This document shows positions 42,029 to 55,936 of a stretch of 64,000 nt of DNA, in pieces. Below the pieces are notes generated by a model that worked only from the letters and a program-made list of their open reading frames with translations, ran no database searches and was not told the DNA's origin. Location of the stretch: contig NC_092680.1 of assembly GCF_964355755.1 (NCBI RefSeq), positions 4,712,001 through 4,776,000 of the forward strand, written 5' to 3'. A program made the position numbers and the translations under genes. How positions within the stretch are numbered: position 1 is the first letter of the stretch; each line of letters begins with the position of its first letter. The stretch is from Antedon mediterranea. Lineage: Eukaryota; Animalia; Echinodermata.

Positions 42029-45000
42029 ATGGCTGCAGTACAAGATGGAATTGAGAAGCAAGAAAAACGTGACTCATGCGATTACCAAAATTACGCATTT
42101 CCCGAGAACTTACAAACCGCATTTTGTGAAATGAGGCAAAATGAAGATATGATTGATGTAAGCTTGTGTGTCGGAGACCATGAATTCAGGTGCCACCGAA
42201 CGATTCTCGCCGCTGGAAGTCCGTACTTCCGTGCAATGTTCACCAATAATCTACGCGAGAACAGTGAAACAAAGATAGTATTACAGGACGTTAACCCAGT
42301 GATGCTTGAATTGATAATTAACTATATCTACACGTCAAAAATAATTATTACAACACTTAATGTTCGGGAACTTTTAGCAACCGCAAATTTCTTCCTATTC
42401 AAATCTCTTTTAGCTGCTTGTTCAGATTTTTTAGTACGTCAACTAGATTTAACAAATTGTTTTGAACTTCACGAATTTGCAGATCTTCATGGTTGCGTTG
42501 ATCTGAAAATGTCCGCTGAAAAATTCATTCTTCAAAACTTTGTGAAGTTCAGGAACGATGAGCAGTTTTTGAATATTAGTCCTGTACAGATGAAAGAGTT
42601 CATTGGCTCGGAGGATGTGCAGGTGCAAAACGAGAAGGAACTCTTTGATATCGTTTCTGATTGGATTTTACACGATAGAGAAAATAGAGTGCAATACCTA
42701 CCGCAGATTCTTTACTTGATTCGTCTGCCAGTTTTACCTTTAAAGACCTTGTACGAAATACAAACTGATGATTTAGTGCAAAATACCGACTGTCAGGAAA
42801 TAGTTGCTAAAGCGATCGAGGGCGCTTCTGGGCTACAGCAGGTTAAACATCCATGGCGACGACCTCGAAGGTCAAGCGACTATACAGAAGTAATGGTTGT
42901 TTTAGGTGGAGTACAAATGGCGAATTTAAAACAACGGAATAAGTAAGAATATTTGCATGAAAATAATTTAATTTCAAGAGCTACACTATCAAACTGTATG
43001 TGATAAAACATGTGATGTGCCCATATATGGACATGATGATGTCCTATCACTACCATATTTAGCATATCACCACCATATTTGAGCACATCACATTTTTTTG
43101 TTCAAATTGTCAACTTTTTTAAGTCAACTAATATTTATACATTGCCCTTAAAGGTGAAGTCTGGTTAACACTTAAAATTATATAAAACACAATAACAAAT
43201 TATGAAAATTAGCTTGCTTATTAGAGTTACTACACTAACAGCGTTGTTCTATTGCTTATGCTGCAGTTTTTCATTTGTTATATTGTATGTTGTTGTAATG
43301 ATATTTTAGTCAAATAAATAAACGAATAGAAGAAATAGAAAATACATATAGATATACATACAGATTTTTTTTAATGAGTCTAAAAATAATTTATAGAGCT
43401 GCAAATTTCTCTCCTGACAGATCATTCCAGAGTTGGACAGAGCAATATTAAAAGGTTCTTTTTTTACTAAAATACATTTTTATATACTTACGTTCTCTAA
43501 TATCTTTTTTTTTCAGTATTTCATCGTTTTGTTGTGACCCTACTGTGACACTAGATTTACCGTGGAAGAAGTTGTCAATGATGCCTTTTTCGTTGAAAAG
43601 CGTAGTAATGTACGATGCCGTTGTTTATTACAATGACATCTACATTACTGGCGGTTATGATGGCAATCGTACCAACCCTGTACCATCTGTATGGAGATAT
43701 GACACCCAGAAGGATACGTGGGATACAGCGCCACCATTAGTCTTAGCAAGGTTGGTGAGGTTAAGTTTATTCTCTAGAAGACAGTGATTAAAATCCACTG
43801 TTTATAATAGATATTGTTTACACAGGGTAAACTGAGCATGAGTATCCTTACCATTTTATTGGTCATAACAATACATATCACATGCCAACAAATTATAATT
43901 ATTGGTAGCACTCCAATAGAATGTTCAGCTTTTTGTAAACAGAATTTGTGCAACATGATATTGTTGACTGATCCATGTTAAAAAACCTCTTGTGTACGCT
44001 GTAGCTGAATCACTGCCTTAGTTAATTCCTATAGTAGCTTCCTGGCCTGGGCTAACCTTCAACATTCATTCAAAATGGAAGTAGCAACTAGCATATTAAT
44101 TGAATAAAAATTTAGAACAAAAGCAAATATGTTTTGTTTATATTATATTGCTTGTTTTATTGAGATGGAGCCAAGTTAATTTCATTAAATCGCAAACAAA
44201 TAATACAGTGTATAAAATAGAGGACCAACCTAGAAGTAAATTTGTCTCAGTTGGCCCTTTAACATGGTTACAAACAATAATAAAAACAAGTGAGAATATG
44301 AAGCATCAGTAATAATATATGCATATAAATGAAATGTTATTTGAGTAAAAGATATTTCTTTAATTCTTTTTTAAATTGAACCAAATGAACAGTATTGCAT
44401 ACTATTTGTTATACTCTACCATACTTTTAATCACATAACTAGCAGATCTATAAAAATAAAATGTGTTTCTTTATTTAATAGGTACCAGCATTGTTCAGCT
44501 GTTGTTGCGGGCAAGATGTATGTAGTAGGGGGATTTGACAAGAACTCAAAGCTCAACTCAGTTGAGTACTTTTCAGTTGAAACTAACAAGTGGCAACTAT
44601 GTCCACCAATGAAAGAAGCTGTTGCATTTCCTGCCGTCTGTGGCTACAAAAGAAGACTGTTTGTGATTGGTGGGTTGAAGCAGGATGATTGTGTGTATGA
44701 TAAGATCCAGTGTTTTGATGTAGACACCAAAAAGTGGACGGTCATCTCTACATTGACCGTCAAAAGCAAAGGTAAACCAATTTTTTTTCCGAAAGACCAC
44801 CATGTTTACCCAAAGAATTATATTAAATATTTGATCTTTGAATTACATACTATTATATTAGGTATATTTATCTATCTTTGTTTTATTTATTATCAATAAA
44901 TAAATAATAATAATATAATCTGTACTGTAAATGTATGCATTTTGTCATTTTGTAGACAGAATATAATTTCTAAAATACTATGTACTATATTATTTTTTTT

Positions 45001-46501
45001 TTTTTTTTTTTTTTTTTTTATTCGACTTCTCACTAACTCAGTTAGTGAAGGATCTGGACCAACAGGTGGTAAACACCTCTAAAACGGTCCAGTCCCAATT
45101 TGCACAGTGGCTGTGTGTGACAGTTTATTGTTTTTTAGTATTGTAGTTTAACCATGTACTGCATTGTTACTGAATATTCTGTCTAAAAGTTTCTATTATA
45201 AAGCTCTGTCTACACTATCAAACTAGTTTGACAAAGAAAGTGTGATGTGCCCAAATATGGTAATCATCATGTCCATATATGGGCACATCACATTTTTGTT
45301 CACATAAAGTTTGATAGTGTAGACAGGGTTTAAGATAAAGTGTTATTAAGGCAATATTAGAATACATTAGTAACAATACCCATTTAAAATTAATTATATT
45401 GAAGAGTTAAAAATTGTCATTTTCTAAAACGTTTTACATCCATAGTGAATCATAAACATCTATTTCTACAGTACGTTTTGTTTATTTTTGTACATTGCAT
45501 TTTACAGCTTGCAAGAGTGTCGTGCTAAACGAAATGATATACATAGTTGGTGGTTCAAGTACTGTAGTACAAGTGTATGACCCAGGACAAGATAAAGCAT
45601 TTGAGGTGGCTCCACTACTCAGCAGGCATATATGTACTAGTTGCACTGTCATAGATGGTAAGGGCTTTTTTCATGCATCCTTCAGATGGAATGTAAAGCT
45701 GTTGGTCTTGATTACATAAAATACACATATGTACGATAAAGCACTTAATACTATATTCAAAAGAATTAGGGGATCTTTTATAATATCCGTCCATAACACA
45801 ATCTTTTACTTTTCCCTCAAATGCATTGAATGTATTTTTATAACCTAATGTGTATATACTTTTTAATGTAATAATTTATAATGTTTGTATTTGATTGTGT
45901 AGTAAGATAAGTCCATATTTATTTTTTTGTTGTTGCACATCTCTTGAGAATTGTGCCTCTGTTATAAAAGAGAAACAATAAAGTTATTATTATTATTATT
46001 GTGTGTTGACCATGGTAGACGCTGCACTGTAATGGTCATCGGTCAGTAGAAGGCTTTATCCACATTTCTTCAATTTCTAGAATGAATACCAAAAGGGCTA
46101 TGAGCACTCACTGGCTAAACCCAGGGGCCCGGAGCATATGGCCACTCTGCATTACGCCACTGACGTATACCTATTGTGTATTTTTTTATTTATTTTAGTT
46201 GAAACTAAACTAATTTCACTCTTTTGTATTGACAGGTAAAATTTACGTTGCTGGTGGTGATAACATGACCGATTCTGAGAATTGGGATGTAATAGAATGT
46301 TTTGATCCGGCCTCTGGTTGGTGGACAGTCGCGGGCAAGCTTCCGTTCTCAATGTGTTGGCATAGTTCATTAACTGTGATTAAAGAAAAAGGCCCTTTCA
46401 TTAATTTGAATGAGGTGTTCATCTCTAAAGGGCCAAGCATGCTTTTTAAGACTGTGTATAGTGGTATAGAGGGTAGGCAAATAACCTTTGACCCTAGGTA
46501 G
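42029..46501 (+). CDS. Kelch-like protein (BTB-BACK-Kelch, Cullin-3 substrate adaptor family), 617 aa, 5 coding exons
   Basis: Exons 42029-42942, 43517-43750, 44482-44771, 45508-45657, 46236-46501 total 1854 nt in frame. BTB: FRCHRTILAAGSPYFRAMF, followed by a BACK domain. Kelch repeats: IYITGGYDG, MYVVGGFD, LFVIGG, IYIVGG, IYVAGG with Y/W motifs. Confidence 0.93.
42978..43105. mobile_element. MITE family A partial copy (KLHL intron)
   Basis: Partial left TIR and internal repeats; right TIR lost. Confidence 0.75.
44993..45125 (-). mobile_element. Poly(A)-tailed retroposon 3' fragment in KLHL intron
   Basis: ~27-nt poly(T) on +, AATAAA merging into the tail on -, with adjacent stem-loops. 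Confidence 0.6.
45202..45330. mobile_element. MITE family A copy (KLHL intron)
   Basis: Both TIRs present. Confidence 0.85.
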
Positions 46502-46939
46502 TAAGTACAGTGTTTCTGCAATAATTAAAGGTGCTAAAATATCTAGTCAATTTTACAAAGAAGAAACAACATGGTTGAAATACAGGTTATCAACAAACCC
46601 TCTTTTTTTATTGTTTTCTATCAATTTCTGTAGGTAATGTATGGTGTGTTACATACAGTATATATACTGGACAACATTGGGCTGGCCCAATATAATTTTC
46701 CGGAGTACATTTTAAAGAATAGGATATGATAAGTCTGTTTTTAGAAGAGTTTATAGTTTCTAAATGTTCAACTATAAGTAAAACCCTCCTCATTAATTGT
46801 AATAACATAATTTGGTACAAAAACAGGAATGGTGCTATAAATAAATATTAGTTTAGAATGTATTTGTGTACTATGCACAATTGCTAGTAATAATAATTGT
46901 TGGAAATATGAAGACTTTTTGTGGCCAAGCGTGTTGTTG

Positions 46940-47300
46940 ATTACAGGGCGTGTGTAACATTGGTTAAACCTATGGCGTATCCAGAGGTCTGGTCTGGCTA
47001 ACAGAGCATGTGTAGCGTTGGGTAAACTCATGCATGTGTACAGTAGCATTGAGTAAATCTGGGTAACAGGGCATATTATGTAGCATTTGGTAAACTCATG
47101 GTGTGGATGTGGGTCTTGATAACAGGGCATATTATGTAGCATTTGGTAAATTTGTGGTGTGGATGGAGGTCTGGATAACAGGGCATATTATGTAGCATTT
47201 AGTAAATTTGTGGTGTGGACGGAAGTCCAATTAACAGGGCATGTGTAGCATTGGGTAAACCTATGGTGTGGACGTGGGTCTAGTTAACAGGGCATGTGTA
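46940..47300. repeat. ~56-bp minisatellite downstream of the KLHL stop
   Basis: aacagggcat at 47065, 47121, 47177, 47233 and 47286, plus degenerate upstream units. Confidence 0.9.
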
Positions 47301-48819
47301 GAATTATTGTGGGATCGAACCCTACTTTAGACATGCCAGGTAAACTCAACAAAACAGTCTTTGATATGTCAAATAAAACATCCCCATTTCCTTATATAGG
47401 ATGTCATTTATCATTAATTAAGTTAAACCATAGTCGGTTTTCTAATTATTTGTCAAGAACTGCCAATAGCTTGATGGATTGAGTTAATGCAAGCAGTATG
47501 TGTGTGTAATTGATGTTTTGCATGCTTGATTTTGTAATGTATGTCAATATATCTATCTACTCTACCAAATGTATAGGTTTTGTTAATACTTAAATCATGT
47601 CCCAAATTATTCAACTGCAGTTGCTGCATTAACTCCATATTGTTTACTCTTTAACATATATATGTACACAATTATTTGGCAAGCTCTTTTGGGTAATCGT
47701 ACATTGAAACAAACTATATGTGATTGTAGTACAAACAAAATAGTTGAAAAATGTTGACATCCCTTACAGTTGAGTATATTCTTGTCCAACACATTTATTA
47801 TGATATACTTGTATGTAGCAATAACTTCAACTATGTGTATACTGTAGTTCATACTTTTAAATCGAATTGTATCTCATTGCTATACCTGTTTTATATAGCC
47901 TAATATGCAGAGGTTTCTTTAATAGTTCAGTAATGTATTTAAGAACCGTTTGTTTTATCATACTATAATTGAGGAATGTTGTATTTAAATTTTATGGAGA
48001 ATAAAAGAATTGTATGGAATCGTTTAAGATCGTAATGTAGTCTACTTTTACTGGACTCGATTCATCTTCTAATTTTGTGGTGAATCCATGATAATACTCA
48101 CATGTACTGGCATGCATTTCAGATATACATTTGGTTAAATCAGGGAAATGATTTGAATTTATTAGTAAAATCATAAAAATGAAATACAACGTGATAACAT
48201 AAATTACTAAACAATATTAAAATAATCTAAAAATTACAAAGTATTGCATTAAACACATAATATAACAATAAAATAATGTATTACAATTCATTCTTCCTTG
48301 GTTAAAAGTATACACATTAAAAAACAATAACAATAATCACCACGTCGAAAAACAAGCATTTATCTTTATTTGTCTTCTTACCTACTGAACCTCCTGTTTT
48401 CAATATTGTAAATGTTATGTTTAGCGCCCTCAATTTTAAGAACAACAGAAAATTAGGAAAAATATTATTTGTTCCTAATTTTAAATGAAGACTTTGTAAC
48501 GAGATGTCGATGATGACTGTCAACATTTTAACATTACAATAATTATCGTTCGTAGGTGATTATTGTAATTGAAAGTCATCGAAATGATGAAAATGACCTT
48601 TAATATTTATTATTGAACTGCGCTAAACTAATTCTTTTACCAATTACTCTACATCAGAACAATTAGCTTTTGTTGTATAGTAGTATCTCCTTCCCCTCGA
48701 CCTCCGCCGAGGTATATTCAGAGCGTCATTTCGACGATTGAGCATTCTCTAATTCTACGGAGCGCCATTTATGCCTTTATTTACTTCCGAAATAGAAATA
48801 GTACTATGGTAACTGGTTC

Positions 48820-49012
48820 AGTGGACCAAATTTAGCACCAGTGGAGCACAGTGATATAAAATAGAAATATGTCACTAATTTTAATATCTTTTCGTATGTT
48901 AATACACTGTGCTCAAGTGGACCCAATTTGGAGCCAGGGGAGCACAGTGATATAAAATAGAAATAAGTCACTGAATTTTAATATCTTTTTGTATTTTAAT
49001 ACACTTTGCTCA
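48820..49012. repeat. Two-copy 97-bp tandem duplication
   Basis: agtggacc...gagcacagtgatataaaatagaaata...atacact.tgctca occurs twice. Confidence 0.85.
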
Positions 49013-49014
49013 AT

Positions 49015-49222
49015 TGTCGTGGGTTCGATTCCGATGCTGGTCGGTGGAATAGAGTTAAGGCTATGCGAGCCACTGTGTTTGGGGTGCACAGATCATACGT
49101 CCCCTTTTCCACCACACATCATGAGGCGACAACATCAATGCATCTGGTGATCTGGTGATGTGGTGGAAATGACCTCAAAAGGCTGTGACCACAGTTGGTC
49201 ATACCCAGTACCGTTTTGATTT
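49015..49222 (+). mobile_element. Truncated tRNA-derived SINE-like fragment
   Basis: B-box GGTTCGATTCC at ~49022 followed by a GC-richer body; no A-box or cloverleaf. Confidence 0.4.
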
Positions 49223-51059
49223 TACGATCATTCGGGAAACCACCTCACGACGTAATACTTTAATACTAAATTGTTGTAGGCCTATATATATTCTTATAAA
49301 CACTTTTATATTGTCAAATAAATCGTTGTTCATACTGTACCATAATGTTTACCTCTATATTTATTCATTAATTTTGAGTTTTATGACTTATAAAATGTTT
49401 TTATACCAGATTAAATATATAAGCACCCACTTTTAAATGACATAAATTTACTTTTTTTTATCACTATACGTTAATTAATAATAACAAAGAATATAAATAG
49501 GTGGTATCTTTGATAATAAGAATAATCTATACAGACTTTTACGCGTGATCGAAACACCCGCGTCAATTCGATACCACGTTCTAAAACACGCACATAGCAA
49601 ACCTTCGAACCACCTGTTACTTTCAAACATAACATTCTCACAAAGGTCGGTAAAAACATATTAAATTTACGGCTCCGACATTAACATTATTTCAATAATA
49701 TCCAAACCAAATGGCTTTCCAACAAGGTAAGACTAATATTATATTTAGAACTAAATCATTTCTATTTTAAAATTATCATTCATATAAACCATAAAATATA
49801 TATTACGTAAATCCTATCTAATAATGTTAATATTTTAGCGTCCTGTATACACAGAAACAATTAAGTACGCAACATGAACTTTCAATCTCCTTATCTTGAA
49901 ATAAAATACTACTTTTACTTTAATTAGTATGTATACATCCGCCCTTATGATGAGGGCGGGCATCACTCACTGGAGCTCTCTGCTGTTACAAATTTCTCAT
50001 GCAAAAATCGCGGAATACTCATTCTTGTGATATATTAACTGATGTTAAAATACACCTAACACTTGGAAGTGACTAGCATGTGTTCAGTAAAGAAACCCAC
50101 CTAATACATGATAAATTCTGCAAAAAATATGCCAAAAGAGCATGGAAAAAGCGCTCCGCAATTATCAATTAATAGATCTAGAGATTGTACCAGATTTCCG
50201 TTCTGTATTGCAGAGGAAGACTTGCATAGGCCTAGTGTAAATTTCTGTTGTTTTTTTTTTTACTGTATCAGTTGATTTTAAAATGCCTTGTCATTCATTT
50301 ATTTCTTATGTTTTAATAACTTTATAATGTAATTTGTTAATTTTGCAAATGTAATTTCTGTTCATTTTAGGCCTTTTATTTATATCTGTATTTTGTATCA
50401 TCATTGTAACAACACTTAGGCCTAACTGCTGTAAATTTATATTTACAAAACTTTAAAAACACAATTAAATCAGGATTATAATTTGAGGTAAAATGGTTAA
50501 TAAAACACTAAAAATAAGATTAAATATTAAAATTAGGAAAATCGAAATAATAATAAAAATAATACTACTTTAACTAAATAACAAATAAAGATCATAACTC
50601 ATAACATATAAATTAAATGATATACAGTATTAACAAGAACATAAATAATAAAATAATAATAAACAATATAATATTTAAATTAAATGACATTTTTAATAAT
50701 AGGTCTAATAATATTTTCTTTAAAAATAATATATTAATAACATTGATAATAATACTAATAATTATTAATAACACTCCATCAAAGTTTAAGTATTGTACTT
50801 TTTGCTCTTTAGTTTCTTTTTGTACAATCCGTTTCCTTTCATTTAAATCTTTTTTCTTTTATTTTTTCTTTATACTTTTATTTAGCCTTCAGGCTAACAT
50901 AATGTATGTAATATATGTAAGAACGCACCGTCCAGAAGAACGTGTGCCGCCGATTTAAAGGCGTATGTTCAATAAAGTTATTACTGTATTAATTATTATT
51001 TATGGCTCTGATTACACATTTTAAAGTGCTCCCTCTATTTTTATTTAAATTAAAAGGTT

Positions 51060-51247
51060 AAAGTTCAAGTTTTGGAGAAAAAAAACACAGAAAAGGAGGA
51101 TCGACGCGTTTTTTCGGATCCCTCTCTCACACAATCACAGAGTTGTTCAAAGGCGTCCACATAAAATAAGATCTTGTTGATTGCTGTCTTTTGAAGGATA
51201 CTTATTGTTCAGAAAGGAATACCTTTTTTAGAACATACTAATTAAGT
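51060..51247 (+). other. Probable non-coding first exon of a gene whose coding exons lie beyond the window
   Basis: CpG-retaining patch and gtgagt donor at 51248, followed by a TAGGC/CTAG cluster like those after the KLHL and RhoGAP putative first exons, then CpG-poor DNA to the window end. Confidence 0.35.
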
Positions 51248-52674
51248 GTGAGTGATTAATTTGTATTTGTTTATTAGAACTATTCTGGTATATATTATTT
51301 GTATAAATCTTTGTTGGCCACCTTCACCTTCTTCTTTCTTGACGTTGGCGTAGCCTCCTAGAGAGAGGCAGGGTAGGCCTAGGATAGATAGCTAAGCTAG
51401 CCTTGCTAGGCCTAGCTAGGCTGTAGTAGGCCAGCCTAGCCCCTCTATCTAGCCTAGGCCCTAGATATTTTCTGGACTTAGGACAGTTGGCTAGGTAGCC
51501 CTAGCCTATTAATTATTGATATTAGGCCAAAGTCTGTGCTGTGAGTTGTTGATTGATATCCGCTTTAAACTGCATTTATACCCTGCACACAGCACAGTTA
51601 GGTTGTTTTACTAAACTTTAAATAATTTTTTTTCCACTTTATAATGTTCATTTGATCAAGAAAGGCCTACAGTTACAGCAGCATGATTTAATTGCTTTTT
51701 ATTCAATGAATTGAATGAAAGAGGCAGAGAGTGTAAAAAATATACTGTAGGGTAGCCAAAGAATACCGCAAAATGACATCACATTTGCAGAAAAGGGATG
51801 AGGTTATTATTATAGCATCGGTCAACCGGGTTATTTATAATTTTTCATTTCCTATCGGCATGGTTGACCATACAGTACCATATACCAAATTAATTGACAG
51901 CACGGTCAAACCATGCTTCTAATGGCTTGTTCACTACCGGCAAGGTCGACTGTGCCGATGAAACATTTTACATAATTACTGTACTGTACATACAGTTTAC
52001 ATTCAACTGTACCAATACATTATACTGTACAATGGTTGATATGTACCTTTGGAACAGTTGACCACACTTTTTGCAAAAAAGAGGCTAAACTAAATTTGGA
52101 AATCAATGGTTTAAGATATTCCCATCATCAAAATTTAATCATTTAAATTACAGTACTGGTGTTGTCTTTCCATCATTTTTTATTTTTGTGGTACTGTACA
52201 CCATGGGTTTCCAACAGGAAATATCCATGGACACATACTGTAGTGTAGTGTACAAACCTAACTTTAATATTGGTTTGTTAAAACTGACTAGCAAGCAGTA
52301 GCCTACTGTACAGTAGTATAATAATTATATTTAATAGTCGTTCATCTTTACTTACTGTATTATTAAAACATTTCAATTAATTACTAAATCAGGCCTTGTG
52401 TGTAATTGTAGCAAAATCAAGTCAGTATAGTAATTAATTAATGCTACTGTATACAATATGTCTCATGTAAAATATTGTAGAGTACAGGAGTTATTAGATG
52501 AGTAAAGTTTTTTTGATGTAATATTATTAAAATATTAAAAATATATTAACATTATTTTTAGAAGTAGTAACTGTAATGTAAATGTTTTGATAACAGTATA
52601 TACTATTATTCAGTCTGAATTTTGTGTGCAACATTCTCTGACAGTGACTGATAAGGGTGTGTTATTTCTGAAGC

Positions 52675-53449
52675 AGCTCTGTCTACACTACTTTATGTGA
52701 CAACAAAATGTGATGTGCTCATACTGTATAGACATGATGATGTCATACAGTATATTTGGTCATATCACTACCATACTTGGGCACACCATACTTTTTTTGT
52801 CAAACTATGATAGTGTAGACAGAGCTTCACTGTGACTGCAGTCAGGCATTTCAGATCTGTTGTTTGGAATGAATCCATTATGCACACACACACTTTACAT
52901 ATTAAATATTAAAATGTCACAGAGAACTGCAATAAAAAATTCCCAGAGCGTATGCTTCATCGCATAATGCAATAATGTAATTTTACATTAATTGTCACCT
53001 TGATGAAGACCGTGCCATGCTTGAAAACATTTCAGGATAGAAGTTTCTGAAACTAAAGCTTTGTCAAACTAGTTTGACGAAAAAAGAATGATGTGCCCAA
53101 TACTGTATGATAGTGGTAATTGCCCAAAATATGGTACAGTAGTGATATGACATCATCATGTCTATATACTGTACAGTTTGTATGCCCATTATATTGTCAC
53201 ATTGTAAGAAAGTGTGATACATTATTAAAAAACATTTTTTTTACTATGGGATACTGTGGACTAAAGCTCTGTCTACAGTACAGTACACTATCACTAGTTT
53301 GACAAAAAAGTGTGATACCAAATATGGTGGTTATATGCCCAAATATGGTAGTGATATGACATCATCATGTCCATACTGTATACAGTATGGGCACATAAGT
53401 AACATTTTTTTTGTCCCATAAAGTTTGATACTGTAGTGTAGACAGAGAT
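52675..53449. mobile_element. Three MITE family A copies (52675-52826, ~53057-53200, 53265-53449) carrying CAGTA/CTGTA insertions
   Basis: They align to the family A consensus once 5-bp insertions at TA sites are removed. Confidence 0.82.
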
Positions 53450-55720
53450 TAAAGTTAGTTGATTGCATGCACATTAAGCAACAACAAATAAAACAAAGCA
53501 TACTCTCTTAGTCTTACCCACAGCTGTCAGAGCGGAATACAGAAGAAACCTACAGTATAGTTTGAAAACCATTAGAACTTACTGTATCAATGCTAGCACT
53601 ATAAACTATAAGGATTTGATTAGTGCAACTAATTAATTTAATTGCATGTCTATAAAAAAAATGATATTCCTCCTTCATCTACAGTAATGGCCATACAATT
53701 TATAATTATAAAAAAAAAGGCACCAAATTCTCCGATTTAGATCTTATTATGTACAGTAGGCCTGCAGCTGTATATACAGTAATTCCAAAAACCAATAATT
53801 TAAAAAGTAAAGTTCTTATGAAACTATACAACCTAGAAAATCAATATAAAGCCACAACGCCTTCATATTTAACGTACAGTATGAATGTTCTTGATACCGA
53901 CATGTAAAAACAATCAAAGCAGTTATTCTGACAATCACTGAATATAAAATGCATGCATGTCGTAATTATTATGCAGCTAACATCTTGCAGAGATTGCATT
54001 TAAAAATGTATAAAGATTTTGTGTTTTAATAATACGCTGTGTTTAACTATGTACTGCAGTAACTGTACTGTACAAGTTGTTAGGTTCACTATTATCAGTG
54101 GGAGTACACAAATATTAATATGCACTGCTAAGTGTTATACTGTACAGTACTGTGTACCTACTGTACACAATCCCCTCCTCCCCCTACACACACACACGCA
54201 CAAATTATCATTCTACCGGCGTGAAACTATTGTTAACCTGACACTACTGTATTGTTAACCTGTTACAATTGTACTGTATTGCACCGATAACAAAATCAAA
54301 CAACAGACAAAAAAACATACAAAAATATGTTGTAATCATAAAATAATTTTACGCCTTCCTGATCATTTCATTCCAAGTCAGTGAGTGAGTAAATGTTGCA
54401 TAAAGAAGTTAGTTTGGTATGTACTGTAGATAATAATATATATTTTTAGCCTTATTCTTCTCTTGCAAACTCAATTGACGTGAACGATACAGGCACTTGA
54501 AAGCTGTTAATTTTATCACAATATTTATTAGGTCGTTTTATCTATTTTCATTATGTGAAGCTATAAAACCTTTTATCACTTTGCTTCTCATTCTTTGTTT
54601 AATAATATTTTGTATTGTATTGTACTGTAATAATGTAATGATAATAGTAATACTATACTATTTTAGTTAATTTGCATTTACTGTCAGTGAGTGCTTTTTT
54701 TTGGGGGCCGAACTGTTCGTTCAGTACAATTTTAGGATTGGAATTTAATAAAAAGTTGCTGTATACATACCATGATGAAAACAGTAGATACTGATGGGGA
54801 CTGCAGCTGTGTGAGGCCTCAGAAATAGGTACAGAGAGACCTAATGTCATTAGTGTGGAAGACTTCTCAAAACCGTCTCAACTACCCCCACCCCTTCCAA
54901 AAAAAAAAATGGTTTTAATCACAACTTATGTGGGCTGCAGTCTGTCACAAAAATGTATGAACTTTTTTTTGTGACGTCAGTGAAGATTTTCAACCCATAT
55001 CCGCCTAGCACAATTAGATCCATGTTGCACTACAGTATATCAGTAGTGTACAGTTACTCAGCATCACATTATTTGCACCATGAAAATAATTAGTTATATT
55101 ATTATTATTTGCTACCGTAGTTGTAGGCATTAACTATGGAAGAACCATGACATTGACAACAATTCTGTATCATTTCCCTGATCTACTACTATTACAATGT
55201 GGTTTTTATACTTGTGCTAGATTCATGTGTTGATGAATGAATACCTATTTGGCAAATTTCAATAATTTATGTTCATTTTCACTACAGTAGTATTGCGATC
55301 ACCATAGTGACACACTGTACCATGCCCTAAGGCAGATTCTTTGTTTTAATATTAACAATACATGTAAATTACCTATTAAGCTATTATTCTTCAATAAATC
55401 AGAATTAATAGGCTACAGTATTGGGATCAATTGTTTGCTTTCATTGTCAGGATTGTAGTAAAAGAAGTTGACTGTAATCCTGGCCATCATATACAGTAGT
55501 GTAAATAACCGTACAGTAGATTTTCTTGGCCTAATTACAGTACACTAGCTGATTACTATTGACGTCAGAATTAATAGCTAATTAATAATTGAAAAATACA
55601 CACTTATCCAAAGACTGGCAACTGTTTGGGTTTATTTTTTATAGTTACTCTGTTAATTAGTAGTTATGTTGCAAAATAAAAATAATCTGAAATCATTAAG
55701 ATTGTAACCATTATACATGT

Positions 55721-55890
55721 ACTCTAACTACAGTACACTATTAACCTTTATGTGACAAACAAAATGTGATGTGCCCATATATGGACATGATGAGGTCATA
55801 TCAGTACCATATTTGGGCATATCACTATCATATTTGGGCATATCACTACCGTATTTGGGCACATCACACTTTTTTTGTCAAACTACACTG
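55721..55890. mobile_element. MITE family A copy, degenerate
   Basis: Three internal 21-bp units; CAGTA insertion in the left TIR. Confidence 0.78.
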
Positions 55891-55936
55891 ATGGAGATAA
55901 GGTGTTTTAGCATAAATTGGTGACAGTGTTCTACAA

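Noticed and set aside
49712-49733. Mini-exon ATGGCTTTCCAACAAG|gtaaga
   Set aside because: Strong donor but no partner exon identified; could be chance.
50617-50958. 113-aa Asn/Ile/Phe-rich ORF
   Set aside because: Low-complexity AT-rich sequence running into a LINE-like 3' tail; not credible as coding.
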